In this document: positions 13,223 to 24,863 of the stretch, piece after piece
Numbering within the stretch: the first letter of the stretch is position 1
Layout of the letters: each line of letters starts with the position of its first letter
Source of the DNA: Massalongia carnosa
Taxonomy: Eukaryota
Direction of reading: 5' to 3'
Length of the DNA stretch: 64,000 nt
Assembly: GCA_965645245.1 (NCBI GenBank)
Contig: OZ287075.1
Coordinates: 1,798,001 to 1,862,000 of the forward strand
Made by a program: the position numbers and the translations under genes
The notes under the pieces: generated by a model
Database searches by the model: none
Seen by the model: only the letters and a program-made list of their open reading frames with translations
Told to the model about the DNA's origin: nothing

Positions 13223-14922
13223 TCTGAATGTAGCTATCGGCTTCTTCAAGGCAAAAACACACGATCCGAATAGCGAGCGAGTCATTAAAAGCCTTGCTAG
13301 ATTAAGATGACACAAGACTTTGATGGCAAACTGATTGTCAAAATGTGAAATTATTGAAGGGTCGCCGAGGATGTGAGAAAACCAGCGCCGACGAGGTCGG
13401 AGAATCCTATTCCAAATCATTTAGTACTACACCGAACGTGGAATAGAAGCAAGGATACTTGATTGACAGTCACACGAACCTCACAATATTAAAACCAAAT
13501 CTCTACAGTCATGTAGCGCAGGCCTCCTTCTATGGTGTAACACGAACGAATGGGCTCCTTCACCATAAGGGATAAATATAAGACATTCGACACTGCTGCC
13601 CCAGCTGAATGTGCTCAGCGAGCGGGGGGCATTGTCGTCTGAAAGATGGACGGACGACAATGGGCATTGGGTTTGGGGGGAGGTTTAGATGAGGTTGATG
13701 ACGGATCGTTCAAGAGAAAGGACGGATGGTTTTTCCCAGATTCAAGATTGCATTACAGAGTTTGTATCGGAGGACATGGGCAAAAACCCAAGGCCGCCAT
13801 TCCTTATTGGGATGGTCGGGAAATACAACGCGAAGCGATGCCACAACAAGAGTTCCAGATCAAGTCAACTTCTCTTGTTGATTTCTAGTGGAATGGACAA
13901 TGAGAAGCAACTAAAGCTTTCATTCTAAGCCATTAACACACACTCAGACACATATTCACCTATAGGTACACAAATTGCGTTACCAACTGGCTACAATTAG
14001 AACGATGTTGTTTGAGGGGAAGGAAACATCCTATCCTTATCCTACACGATGTGCATATCGTAGAGCATACAGAGTATCCACACGATAAGCAAAGATACCA
14101 CACAACAAAGCTAGTCGGCCAAGAGGCGCTTTAATTGAAGGAGACTATACGTCTCGAGGAAATAGTCTATTAACGCTTTTGTTGTGTCTGTATACTATAT
14201 ACAGAGGGTAATGGGATCATCAGAAATCATACCCCGAAATAGGAATCGTGCAAAGCCTCCCGCGTGCCAAGACCCCTTTCTTCCTGCCTTGATTATCCGT
14301 CACTGCCGCTTTGCCTCGGGAAATTGACAATCGACAAACTTAAGTGGCTATCATGACGCAGAGCATTGTTGACCGTCGCTTCTACGACTCTGCAAGCTCC
14401 CACATGATTACAAAGCGTCCACAACTATCAAGAGATATCCGCAATCCACTCCTCTCGGGGAATCGATCAATCATCAAGATCCGAACCTCAAACGTCATTA
14501 GCGCCACGGAGAAGCGAATTGCTAACTGATTGGCTAATTAAGAGATGATGATCGCCTGAGACGGGGAGATGCATGGAAAGCTTGATTCAAGGCTGACTAC
14601 GTTTCCTATTGGGTGACCCATTTCTTTTGAACAAGAAGACTTTCTTCCACTCTTGTTGTCTATAGCAGAGAGTATCGTCGACTCCATACACATCGAATGG
14701 GATACGTTTGAGATACGAGCAAACCTTTAATAGTTCTAATTATAGCGTCCTATTATGTACTATTTCATTGACAATCTAAATTCCGCAGGCTCTGCTATTA
14801 AATGGGAAACCCGATCTTAAGTAGCCTTAGTGAGCTAGTACTATGTGTACTGAAGTTTTTTTGACTGGTTAAGACTAAGTCAAGTTCACATTTACTGGCG
14901 ATTCAAGGCAGCGTAACCTTCT

Positions 14923-16145
14923 TATTTTCCTTCAAGCTTCTTCTCCAGCTCAAGGATCTTCTTCTTGATCAAAGAAAGTGTCTTCGGCACTCCTATATTT
15001 CATTCCAAATGCTTTATTTGCTGATTCAATCTCCATCCTCGGGTAAATGATATTGTCTTCGCTATCCTTGGGCAGTCTTCCTTCGAGCTCGGGGAGCCTT
15101 CTAAGGATGTGGACGATTTTAACAAACGAGATTGGATTACCAACCAAGAAACGCTTATCCTGAGCACCAGGCGCTGTCAATGTCGAAATGTGTGCTTGAG
15201 CCAAATCGCGAACGTCAACCTGTTAGTCAAGGTTAGCCGTTATAAGCATAGGTGTGCGAGCTTGAATGCTATGTCACTGAGCAATGCCGGTGAAACCTAC
15301 GTATGCAGGGAATGATGTTGGTGGAACTTCCTGATTGGTGCCGTTGAACAACGAATAGAATACATCGTTGCTGAAGTTGATACTTTTCATTGTCTTAACG
15401 TTTTGAATCGGTGGCCCGAATATCAAGGGCGGCAACAGTACAGTCACACTGTAACTCGGCTTCTCGTTGGACACATAGGCCCAGATGGCTTTTTCTGCTA
15501 GCTTCTTGCCAGCGCAATATGAGATATATGGGTTTTGAGCTCTGATTGCGTCCTCATTGGAGATCTACGTCCATCATTAGAGGAAGAGTTTATAGGAGAA
15601 ACTAAAAAAGACTTACGAAGTTCCAAGCCTTGCTCGTCAATTCACGCGTCTTTAAATCCTCAGGATCGCCTGTTGTGATGGCATTGATAGATCCAGTGAC
15701 TGAGATTGCTTTTAAGTTCTTCCCTTACTTTGTCGCTGATTGCAAGAGCTCGGTATTTCTAAAAGATAAATCTCATTAGCATGTATTTTCATTTCCTATA
15801 TTAGTTCATACTTATGCTTCTGTCAACTTACCCTTTAATACTTGGCTCCGCAAAGTCTCTCTCAAAATCCGTATTTTTAGGATTATCGAGGACCGGCGCC
15901 GCTACGTGAACAACATAGTCGAAGTTATTCTTCTCAAACGCCTCATCCCATACGCCAGCTCTGGTGTAGTCTGCGACAGAAACAAAGGATAATTTGCCTC
16001 TCCATATTGGGTGGATGTTGAGAATCCCGTCGCCTTTCTTGACATCTCGGAGGGATCCAGTCACGGTATGGCCTCGAGAGATCAGAGCATCAATCACGTG
16101 TGCAGCGACGAAGCCGTTGGCACCAGTAACCAAAGTATGAGGCAT
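14923..16145 (-). pseudogene. NAD(P)-dependent epimerase/dehydratase (GRE2-like aldehyde reductase), apparently disrupted
   Basis: LVTGANGFVAAH Rossmann motif, VVHVAAP and SYCAGKKLAEKAIW (YxxxK). In-frame TAA at 15725-15727 in exon 2 and a probable frameshift near 14968. Confidence 0.75.
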
Positions 16146-16863
16146 TTTGAGCACCTAATAGCGGATATGCGCCCAACGATTGAATGAGCCCGGGTGGAGG
16201 GAGATATGTTAGCAGATTTTCTATGGGGTACAAATATTGTTGAAGTCGCAGGAGAAGAGTTGTGGCTATATACCCTGTAAATTATCTCATACGCATATTA
16301 AGCACATTTTACATCCGTAACTTCCGGAACCAACTTCCCATGTAACGTTAATCCATCACTAAGTTCATCGCCTGCTGCAACTTTAAAAGCGGGAAGCGGC
16401 TTTTCCACCCAAATATCCTCCAGTCTAATTCCATTACCATCATATCATATCAATTGGTTTTGATAGGCGTGGTGAAAACCCCGCGCCGAGTGAGGTCATG
16501 TTATTAGTATGACATTGATTGAGAGCAAACTTTGATCAAGATGCGCTTAAGTAATGTAGAAAATCTTTGTTTCACTTCGCTTCAGCCGACCACTTGCAGC
16601 GGCTAACTTAGTTAGTCTTTTGACTAGAATTGTGTCTTTTGCCCAGTAAGGCTGAACGCCGCAATAATTACACATTTTCATTTGCCTACTCATCGATCGA
16701 TTTCTCTTATGTTTTGATAAATAGTGATGAAGATAAACCGAGCATATCTAAATGAAAATCAACCTTCAGGTTTTAAAAGTAGAAGTAGATAATAGACTAA
16801 TTACGGAAGTTAGTGATAGATTCTAACTTACTGAAAAACCTTAAATTTAAATTTGTTTACATA

Positions 16864-18805
16864 ATCGTGCTAGACCACTTTCGGAATGCAGAGAGCACCC
16901 CTTAGTGCTTACCGGCTCAAAGACGCTACCGGCTCAAAGACGCATTTTTCAACACCTCAACATTAAAAAAATCAGACCTTCATGAAAAGACGTCCAAATA
17001 GCTTCATTTCGGGTTTAAAATCTACTGCTCAGTCTGTTCTACTAACAGGCCCTGCCCTAGTAAAAACCGGACGTTGTCTAACTGGGTTGATGAGGCCTTT
17101 TTCCCCTTATTAGCCTCCCTTTGTTCCTTTCGTCTAGCCTTTTCTTCCTCTTTTTTTTGACGAATTGAACATAATTCTCTACATTGACTGACTTTTATGA
17201 CTCCACCCTTTGCAGCTACCTGACCCCCGAGAGCGGCCCGACTTTTACGCGATGTGGTGGCTTTTTGCACTTGCTGAAGGTCCCGCGTAGTCAAATCTAG
17301 GGTGTTGGCGGAGGTGATGGAGGCCCTAATAAATTTCTGAAAACCGTCCACTGTTTTTTTATCCATCCATCCACCGATCGGCCCGGCCGCGGTCAATGCC
17401 CTTTGCAATTTGTGACCGAATTTTCTGATTGATTCGGGGCCTCGAGGGGTGCGCTCATGAAATTGAAGAGGTAGGGGGCTCGGGGTGCGGGGTTCATTCC
17501 TAATTTCCAAGGCTGCAGCTTGCTTCTGACGAATGACGTCGAGTACCATGTTCGGATTGAATGGGACGATGCCGGTGGTCCTGAATGCATGACGAATAGT
17601 AGATGATTTGAATGTCTTGTTGCGAAATTCCTGGAATGCGGCTAAAAATTCCAATTTTCCAAATTCCGTGTCTCCCATTCGTATCGCATGATCAATGGCC
17701 TCAGCATGATAGTGTTTGTACGGCTGAAAAACACCTACATCTAACGGCTGAGTCAAATGAGTAGAATGTGCTGGAAGACGAAATAGAACGATCTGATTTT
17801 CAGTGGCCAGCTTCAAAAACGGAATGGTTGAATGAGACCCAAACCCGTCGATGACTAGAAGTAGCCAAGCTCCACGTCTTTTAGTCCGTGTATGCTCGAT
17901 GAAATGACGAAGCCAATCCATGGCTAAATCGTCATTTGAATAGCCGGTCTCGCTGGTCCCAATCAACGTCTCTCCGTCGAGATCGTTGTGTTGACACCAT
18001 TTATGAAGAATATGAATACCCGAAAGAATAAGTAATGGTGGAATAACGTCACCGGCCGAGCTGATACACTCTACAGAAGTAATGTAGTCACGATTATCCG
18101 GATCAGTCATACGAAGAGGCTTTCGTGGGTCCAAGGTGATTACTATTTGAGCTCGTCCGCATCCAATTCGAAAGCCTGTTTCGTCCATATTCCATACATC
18201 CAGCTCCGTTATTCCCTTTTCCCTCATCACCCTTTCTAATTTGCTGAAATATTCAACCATATCGTTAACGTCGTGACTATTTTTTCGATCGACTGCGAGA
18301 GGCTTCTGTTTTCGTACATGAAGCTCGGGATTTCGATCAAGAAATCGCTTCAGCCACTGATGACCAAGAGTACGATTCTCAAAACGAATCAGATAATTTG
18401 CAGCCCCCACGATCAATTTGGGTCGCGCACACATGTTGGCCTTGTCCAATCGCTCGATGTAGTCACGAACAGCTTGTTCTTGCTCATCCGTCAGAGCTTT
18501 GTTGGTACTAGGTCGACTGCTTTTGGAGTTGCCTCCATTCCATCGTTTTTGAACCGTACGAGGGGCAACGTCAAAAGCTATAGCTGCAGCTCGACAATTA
18601 GTATACAAACCATCATGTAACGCGTCAATTGCACTGTCAATTCGATCCTCGATAGCTGAATATGAATTGACCATTATGTTGTTGATTGTTGACGTGTCGA
18701 AGTTGAGGTGTAAAATGTTGAAAATGCGTCTTTGAGCCGGTAGCGTCTTTGAGCCGGTAAGCACTAAGGGGTGCTCTCTGCATTCCGAAAGTGGTCTAGC
18801 ACGAT
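16864..18805 (-). mobile_element. Fot1/pogo-family DNA transposon, full-length (1942 bp)
   Basis: Perfect 85-bp TIRs (16864-16948 and 18721-18805, starting ATCGTGCTAGACCACTTTCGG), each with two copies of TACCGGCTCAAAGACGC. TA duplication on both sides. Confidence 0.96.
17022..18674 (-). CDS. pogo/Fot1 transposase (HTH-CENPB plus DD35D), intact, 550 aa
   Basis: Uninterrupted ORF with WNMDETGF, LVIDGFGSH and TQPLDVG; 35 residues between the 2nd and 3rd Asp. Confidence 0.95.
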   Translation of the reverse strand: MVNSYSAIEDRIDSAIDALHDGLYTNCRAAAIAFDVAPRTVQKRWNGGNSKSSRPSTNKALTDEQEQAVRDYIERLDKANMCARPKLIVGAANYLIRFENRTLGHQWLKRFLDRNPELHVRKQKPLAVDRKNSHDVNDMVEYFSKLERVMREKGITELDVWNMDETGFRIGCGRAQIVITLDPRKPLRMTDPDNRDYITSVECISSAGDVIPPLLILSGIHILHKWCQHNDLDGETLIGTSETGYSNDDLAMDWLRHFIEHTRTKRRGAWLLLVIDGFGSHSTIPFLKLATENQIVLFRLPAHSTHLTQPLDVGVFQPYKHYHAEAIDHAIRMGDTEFGKLEFLAAFQEFRNKTFKSSTIRHAFRTTGIVPFNPNMVLDVIRQKQAAALEIRNEPRTPSPLPLQFHERTPRGPESIRKFGHKLQRALTAAGPIGGWMDKKTVDGFQKFIRASITSANTLDLTTRDLQQVQKATTSRKSRAALGGQVAAKGGVIKVSQCRELCSIRQKKEEEKARRKEQREANKGKKASSTQLDNVRFLLGQGLLVEQTEQ

Positions 18806-19147
18806 TATAACTTCTCTTCGAACTTTATCATAAACAGGTTGTGTAGTTGAGTGATAGTAACATTGCTACCATTCCGGTTCAGCTATACGATCATATCGCC
18901 AGTTCAAGACTCGGTCGTCGGCCACGAATTACTAATTAAACAAAGAAGAGACATACGAAGTTGTAGCGGACAGGCCTCGTCATGCCAGCTCTCTATCCCT
19001 TAAATTTGATCTAATCTATCATTTATTGTACATAGATCTTAACATCCAACGGAAACAATCACTCACTGCTACTTTGAAACTCTTTTTACTACTTGAAATT
19101 CGTTTATTGTTTTCCGAATTAAAGCTCTCTAGAAGGAACCTTTTGCT

Positions 19148-20111
19148 ATGGCGCTCGCAGCTAACTCCCTGCTGGCTCTGTCAAACCCCTTGGTGACACC
19201 AGACCAACTGTCCAATTCCAGCTCCCAGCTCGATGGCGTTTCCACTGACCTCGAAAGCTCCATACGGTTTGCTGGAGTGCAACTTACACAGGCGGCGGGG
19301 ATTTTGCTTCATTTGCCGCAAGAGACCATTGCGCAAGCAGTCGTGATTTTCTTGAGGTTCTACATAGGAGCCGAGGGAGGAAGCTTCAGGATTAGTTCGG
19401 CGAAAGTAAGGCACCTTAACTGTTGCTGTTAGCATGATGACCATCGGGTCAGCTAACGAGAAAGACCAGGACTTCTCAGCTGCTTCACTTTACATGACCG
19501 CGAAGATCTCAGCTTTCCCACAAAGTCCTCGCTCGGTTCTTAACGTCTATGCATATATCCATTCCAGCTTGGCGCTGAATCACTCGCCATCTCCAACGGC
19601 AGGTTCCAAACCCCATGCCGAGTCTTACTATCTCACTGAGGGCGAGTACCAACATACTTGTGCCATCCTCATGCGCTCGGAGTCTATTCTCCTGCGCTCT
19701 ATTTCTTTTACCACAAACGTTGTCTTGCCACACCGGCTTGCCCTTACGTATCTTCAGACCCTAGGAGTCCTTCCGTCCACCCCTTCCCCTAAATCCCGCG
19801 CTCTAGCAGCACGTACGTTAGCCCATCTCAATACCACCCTCCTCTCGCCGCAACTCTTATACTTAACCCATCAGCCCGCCGCGTTAGCTGTGGCCTCTAT
19901 ATATCTTGCCGCCAGAGAGACGGGGGTTAAATTGTCGACGTGTGAGTGGTGGGAGGTATTTGATGTTGACCGAGAAGAGCTTGGCTTTCTAGTGGTAGGT
20001 TTGCAAAGCTGCGGGGGGTGGATTGCGGATGAAAAGAAGAGATGGTCGGAGCAGCATTGCCCGATTACAATCGAGGAACTGGAAGCAGAGATTAAGAAGA
20101 GTGGTAAGTAG
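19148..20111 (+). CDS. Cyclin-L-like cyclin-box protein; intron ~19406-19469
   Basis: SSQLDGV...SIRFAGVQLTQAAGILL.LPQ..IAQA.V.F.RFY, SLYMTAK, ALAVASIYLAAR and WWEVFDVDREELGFL match the fungal cyclin L pattern. Confidence 0.85.
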
Positions 20112-20445
20112 ATGGGGTAAGTTTTTATGCAGCATGCACGGAGCATCTACATTGCTATTCGAAACGCTGGGAAGGACGCCTTGGATTTGCTTTGGTAATG
20201 AGTCTCTCTATCAAGAAAATCGTGCAAATATCGGTATCAGGGGCACGCTCATCTTAGAGATCGTTGACAGGTCAAGGCAGGGGCGCTGGACATGTTGAAG
20301 AAGCTTTCCTACCTAAGTACTAGTTAGTCATGCAACTGGCCACATTCTCATAGTTTGCGTTTAAGTCCAAATCAAAGGGAGTGGATATGTAAGATTTGGA
20401 GAACTGAACTTGTCCCGATAGAAGGTTCATGAGTTCGGGTAAGTA

Positions 20446-21774
20446 CAGTCCCGTGCCAAAAGTCTGCGGCCCAACCCGTGATTTCGCGTTTTCAACTCAT
20501 CAACCCCCTATCTTCCACCTCATCATTTCACCATGCTTCGTGCTTCTTTGACCCCCATAAGTGGTAATCGGCCTCGTAACACTGAATTGACGCCATATCA
20601 ACGTGGTATGATTGTTGGGGCCCAGGCGTTGGGGCACACACCGACCGAGATTGGGAAGACTCTTAATTTCACTAAATCGACCGTGCAGAGCCCCATTCAG
20701 AAGCACTCAGTTCGCAACGACGGCGTGTCTAAATCACGTTCTGGACGGCCTGAAGTGCTGTCAGAACGCGATCGACGTTATATCATCAAGCATGCACGAA
20801 TCAATCCACGAATCACTTATGCACAAATCAAACTAGAAGTGGGGCTCGGCTGCAGTCGTACGACTATTTATCGGGCACTCAAACTGTATGGTTTAACCAA
20901 CTGGGTGGCTAAAAAACGACCTTTATTGACGCCTGAGGTGGCCAAGAAACGATTGGATTGGTGCTTGCTGCGGCGTGAGTGGACTTTTGAGCAGTGGTCA
21001 AGAGTTATATGGTCAGATGAGTGCTCGGTGGAAAAGGGGTCAGGAAAACAGCGTCAGTGGGTGTTCAGATTGCCGAAAGAAAAATGGAATAAAGAGATGA
21101 TACAACCTGTCCCCAAAGGCAAAGGAGTCAGTGTCATGGTCTGGGCAGCTTTTTGGGGAGATGACAGGTCAGATCTTTACAAATTGGCTCGTGATTTTGC
21201 TGCGAAGAAGATGGGGTACTCGGCGAACTCATATATGGAATTATTGAACGATAATCTGCTTGGAATTTGGCAACCGGGCCTCATTTTCATGCAGGATAAC
21301 GCACCTATACATAAGGCTAAAAAGGTGATGGAATGGTTCAATGAGAACGGCATAGAGGTCATCGATTGGCCCCCCTATTCACCTGATTTAAATCCCATCG
21401 AGCACGTTTGGTATGTGCTCAAAAAGCTCGTCTATCAAGTCAACCTGAACATAGATTTGGTGATCGGCAGTGATGAAACTGTTCGTGAGGTACTTTGGAA
21501 AGCGTTAGAAGAAGCCTGGACGTTGATAGATGTGAAAATGATGAGGAGGTTAATAGAGAGCATGAATAAGAGGATAAAAGCGTGTATAGCGTCGGAAGGA
21601 TGGTATACTAAATATTAAAAATTAATTTTTGGGGGAATTCTTGTTTAGTATGTATGTAATCATTATGTAAAGTTTCAAGACATTTCAGCAATCGTGACGT
21701 GGTTGATTGTTGATTGAATAGAATGATTGAAATGTTGGTGGGGTGCGGGGCCGCAGACTTTTGGCCTAGTACTG
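20446..21774 (+). mobile_element. Tc1/mariner (Tc1-like DD34E) DNA transposon, 1329 bp
   Basis: 27-bp imperfect TIRs CAGT....GCCAAAAGTCTGCGGCCC (4 mismatches) with TA on both flanks. Confidence 0.93.
20533..21618 (+). CDS. Tc1-like transposase, intact, 361 aa
   Basis: HTH region with RSGRP, WSDE, FMQDNAPIH and WPPYSPDLNPIE; 34 residues between D and E. Confidence 0.94.
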   Translation: MLRASLTPISGNRPRNTELTPYQRGMIVGAQALGHTPTEIGKTLNFTKSTVQSPIQKHSVRNDGVSKSRSGRPEVLSERDRRYIIKHARINPRITYAQIKLEVGLGCSRTTIYRALKLYGLTNWVAKKRPLLTPEVAKKRLDWCLLRREWTFEQWSRVIWSDECSVEKGSGKQRQWVFRLPKEKWNKEMIQPVPKGKGVSVMVWAAFWGDDRSDLYKLARDFAAKKMGYSANSYMELLNDNLLGIWQPGLIFMQDNAPIHKAKKVMEWFNENGIEVIDWPPYSPDLNPIEHVWYVLKKLVYQVNLNIDLVIGSDETVREVLWKALEEAWTLIDVKMMRRLIESMNKRIKACIASEGWYTKY

Positions 21775-22181
21775 TATCTTTAAATATTAGCAGAGTCCAA
21801 TAGGAGGGGCGCCGGAGATGGGCCCGACTGAGCCTTCCTACATAAGGTTGAGATATTTAAAGTCCGGCACCACTGGCCCAACGCTCTTCCCCTTTTTTAT
21901 CGGTCTGGAATCATGTAGTTCGGCACGTCACGTCCTCTTATCAGGTCGTCTCACCAACTACAACTTATTTTCTCCTCATTCGGGACCTGTCAAGATAAAG
22001 CTCGAAAATGCAGATATAACGCCTAAGGCTGACCGGTATCCAGATCTATCGTCCGCCTGAGCCAAGCAAGTAATAGTGAGTCCATTATGCGAAGATTTTT
22101 TTTCACAGATGCACAGATTCTTACCGAACTCTCCCAGTTACCCACTTGTATCTTGTACTAGCAGGTCCATCACCCTTAGCT

Positions 22182-23420
22182 ATGCCTGACGCAAGCAACG
22201 ATAGTGAAAATCATTTAAACGAACGCAAGATCTTCCAAAATCTGGACCATGTGCCTTTTCAGCAACGTGTCGTCTCCGCAAGTCAGTTACCTGTGATTCC
22301 CACTTCCATATCAGCGTTTTCGCACGCTGCTTCACCACGTTATGTGCAACAGTATCGTGCCTTGATAGAGGATCAGCGGCAAGTTTTCGAGGCAGAGCGT
22401 GTGCTCTGGCATGTGGAGCGAGTAGAGCTGCACGAAAAGATCGCTCAGCTTGAAACCTCATTGAGTCAATATCAGGCGATTGCTTCAAGCCATGATTTTC
22501 GGCCCATAGATACCAATAGGCCTGCAACGAGTAAAGGCTTGAGCGTTGGGGGCGTCGATGGAGTGAAGCGTATTAGCGCTGGTGATGAATTCTGGAGAGG
22601 CTCCGGGGGCAAGAGTGATGCTCAACCTACAAGAACTTTTGGGAATTTACTACCACCTTCGATGTTGGTTGACCGTTTGCCGGGGGTTTCGGATAACTTT
22701 CTCACGCATAGAATGAAAGCAACCTCGTTCCCGGTAAATGTGATTGATTCTGAAAATCTTCGCATAGGCAGCCCACGTGCGGTTGAAACAGATAAAAATC
22801 TGGATGGTATTACCTTTCGAAAGAGCAGCTTAGCACCTACTATTACGGAGAGCCTCATCAAACCTGAGGGATCATCATCACAAGTATTCAAATCTCTGTC
22901 TCGTGCGTCTTCAGTGCTTGTTCCGCTGCCATCTTCTTCATTATCACCAGGGTACGATCCATATACGAAAGATGCTGGTCATACACCGCTGGCGCGTCGA
23001 TCTGAGCTTAATCTTGACGGTGTAATATCAAGCGATTTAGCCACACCTACCAAGCCAGAAGTCGAGAAACCTCCGCTTGAACCACCCCCATCCGTAACCA
23101 AGCTGCCGTCGGAGCGTGCCGACTCATATTTCCCGGCTCTTGGAGAGGAAACGGACGGAGATGCCATATTACAAGGGCCCCTAGGACTAACTAACAATGG
23201 TCCTGAAGATAACAAATTTCTCACCGAGCTTGACTCGAAGCTTTTTCAAGCTGCAAACTCCAACATATTAGCGCCTCCTGCATTTAGTGAGTTAGACAAG
23301 GAGAACATGGGGAAAGACAAAAGTTTCGATGAGCCTGAACCTGAGCCGAAGCTACGGATCAAGCGAAGCATGAATTTCGGGAGTCAATTCGGCGCTGCGA
23401 GCTGTGGGAAAAGGTTTTAG
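22182..23420 (+). CDS. Hypothetical fungal protein (N-terminal coiled coil, largely disordered)
   Basis: Single long ORF; coiled-coil segment EDQRQVFEAERVLW...; C-terminal PKLRIKRSMNFGSQFG. Function unknown. Confidence 0.7.
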   Translation: MPDASNDSENHLNERKIFQNLDHVPFQQRVVSASQLPVIPTSISAFSHAASPRYVQQYRALIEDQRQVFEAERVLWHVERVELHEKIAQLETSLSQYQAIASSHDFRPIDTNRPATSKGLSVGGVDGVKRISAGDEFWRGSGGKSDAQPTRTFGNLLPPSMLVDRLPGVSDNFLTHRMKATSFPVNVIDSENLRIGSPRAVETDKNLDGITFRKSSLAPTITESLIKPEGSSSQVFKSLSRASSVLVPLPSSSLSPGYDPYTKDAGHTPLARRSELNLDGVISSDLATPTKPEVEKPPLEPPPSVTKLPSERADSYFPALGEETDGDAILQGPLGLTNNGPEDNKFLTELDSKLFQAANSNILAPPAFSELDKENMGKDKSFDEPEPEPKLRIKRSMNFGSQFGAASCGKRF

Positions 23421-24031
23421 GTATCGTTTCAGATTTGGACGAAGAGCAAGGGCAAAATCTTATCACTAGCAATGCATAACGGGAAGCGTATTACGAGAGG
23501 AGTTTGATACCTATTTGCGGCATCCTTAATGATGTACAAGGGGATCACAGGTTGGATCATCCGGGTTCTTCGGAAAAGTAAGCGTCGACAACGCCATCGG
23601 TTTATCCAATTTGAGCAACGCCATTAACGAGGGATATTATGGCCCTACTCCACGCAGATCTCACATAGGTGAACTAACCCCTTGCATAGCCGAACTCCTG
23701 TGAGTTGAGGAATGTGAATGAAACCTTCTGCAATAGTGTGCTTATTTCATCCTTACTCATGAACATGACGAGATCAGAAGACCAGACTTACCATTCAGTC
23801 TGTTCTACTCCATTAAAACCCCTCCTTTGCCACGTCCGTTATTCCCATCCATCCATCCAGCTCCATTCCCTAAATTTCCCCGTTCATTCATCATTTGCCT
23901 ATTCTGTTTCCTTTTCAATCAACTCCCTTCTTATCTAATCATCCATCTCACTTCGCTCCATCCATCCATCCATTCCCCACGCCCTAGAACAGAACTTTAC
24001 AACATCCACCCTCCCGCAAAAACGCAGCTAA

Positions 24032-24510
24032 ATGCGTCCCCCCCCCTCGCTCACCCTCCTCTTCTCGACGGCCGTACTCCATTTCGTCGCGCTCGCCACC
24101 GGCTCTCCGGTCCCGTACTCGGCTGCCAAACTCGCGGCTATTGATAGCTTGCGCGCTGGGGGGGCGACGGAGGTGGGAATTTTTTCTCTCTTCTCTTCTT
24201 CTCTTCTTTTGTTCGTCCATTTCCGCCCAATCTTCTCCTATCTACTACCTCCTTTCCCTCCCCACCAACCCATCCAAGCCAACCCTTAGCCCCAACCTTC
24301 CCCACCTTGGGTAACACGAAGAAAAAAACCAAAGGCATCAATCGCTCACCGGTACCCCCTCTCCCACTCTGTCTCGCCGCTCGCCTATGCCTCCGTGCCG
24401 GTCCCGGTCCCGGTCCCGGTAGATTCGCTATCGCCTTTTACGGTCCGCTCGGGGGAGGGGGGGGGGGGGGTGGGAGGAGAAGGAGGAGGAGGAGGAGGAG
24501 GAGGGGGTAG
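24032..24510 (+). CDS. Possible small secreted protein (2 exons, ~24032-24172 and ~24335-24510)
   Basis: Signal-peptide-like N-terminus MRPPPSLTLLFSTAVLHFVALATGSPVP; GT donor after GATE; GC-rich putative second exon. Embedded in low-complexity DNA. Confidence 0.35.
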
Positions 24511-24863
24511 GTTAGGATAGGATAGGGGGGAAGGGGGTTATTATTAAAGGGGTGTGGAGAGGTAGAGATGCTAGGGAGAAAGGAAAAAGGAGGGAGGGGG
24601 GTGAATATCTAGATTAGATTAAATTTTAAAAAAACCATGTATCTAGGTGTGGATAACAATCGGACTGGGACTGGGTATCTAGGTATACCTACCTAAGATG
24701 CCTTAAAAAGCGTGGGGGTTGGGTTTTCGAGGTGAAACGGACTTTTTTCTAAAATATAGCGCCCCTAACTCTTTTGAAAGCAACCAATAAAACCTCCCTC
24801 CCCCCCCCGATCAAAACGGGGAAAAGAGACATTCTCCCGCCCGCCAAAAAAAATTTACAGAGC

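Noticed and set aside
18675..18764. Extended 580-aa transposase start from the ORF track
   Set aside because: It starts at a non-ATG codon inside the TIR; the ATG at 18674 is the plausible start.
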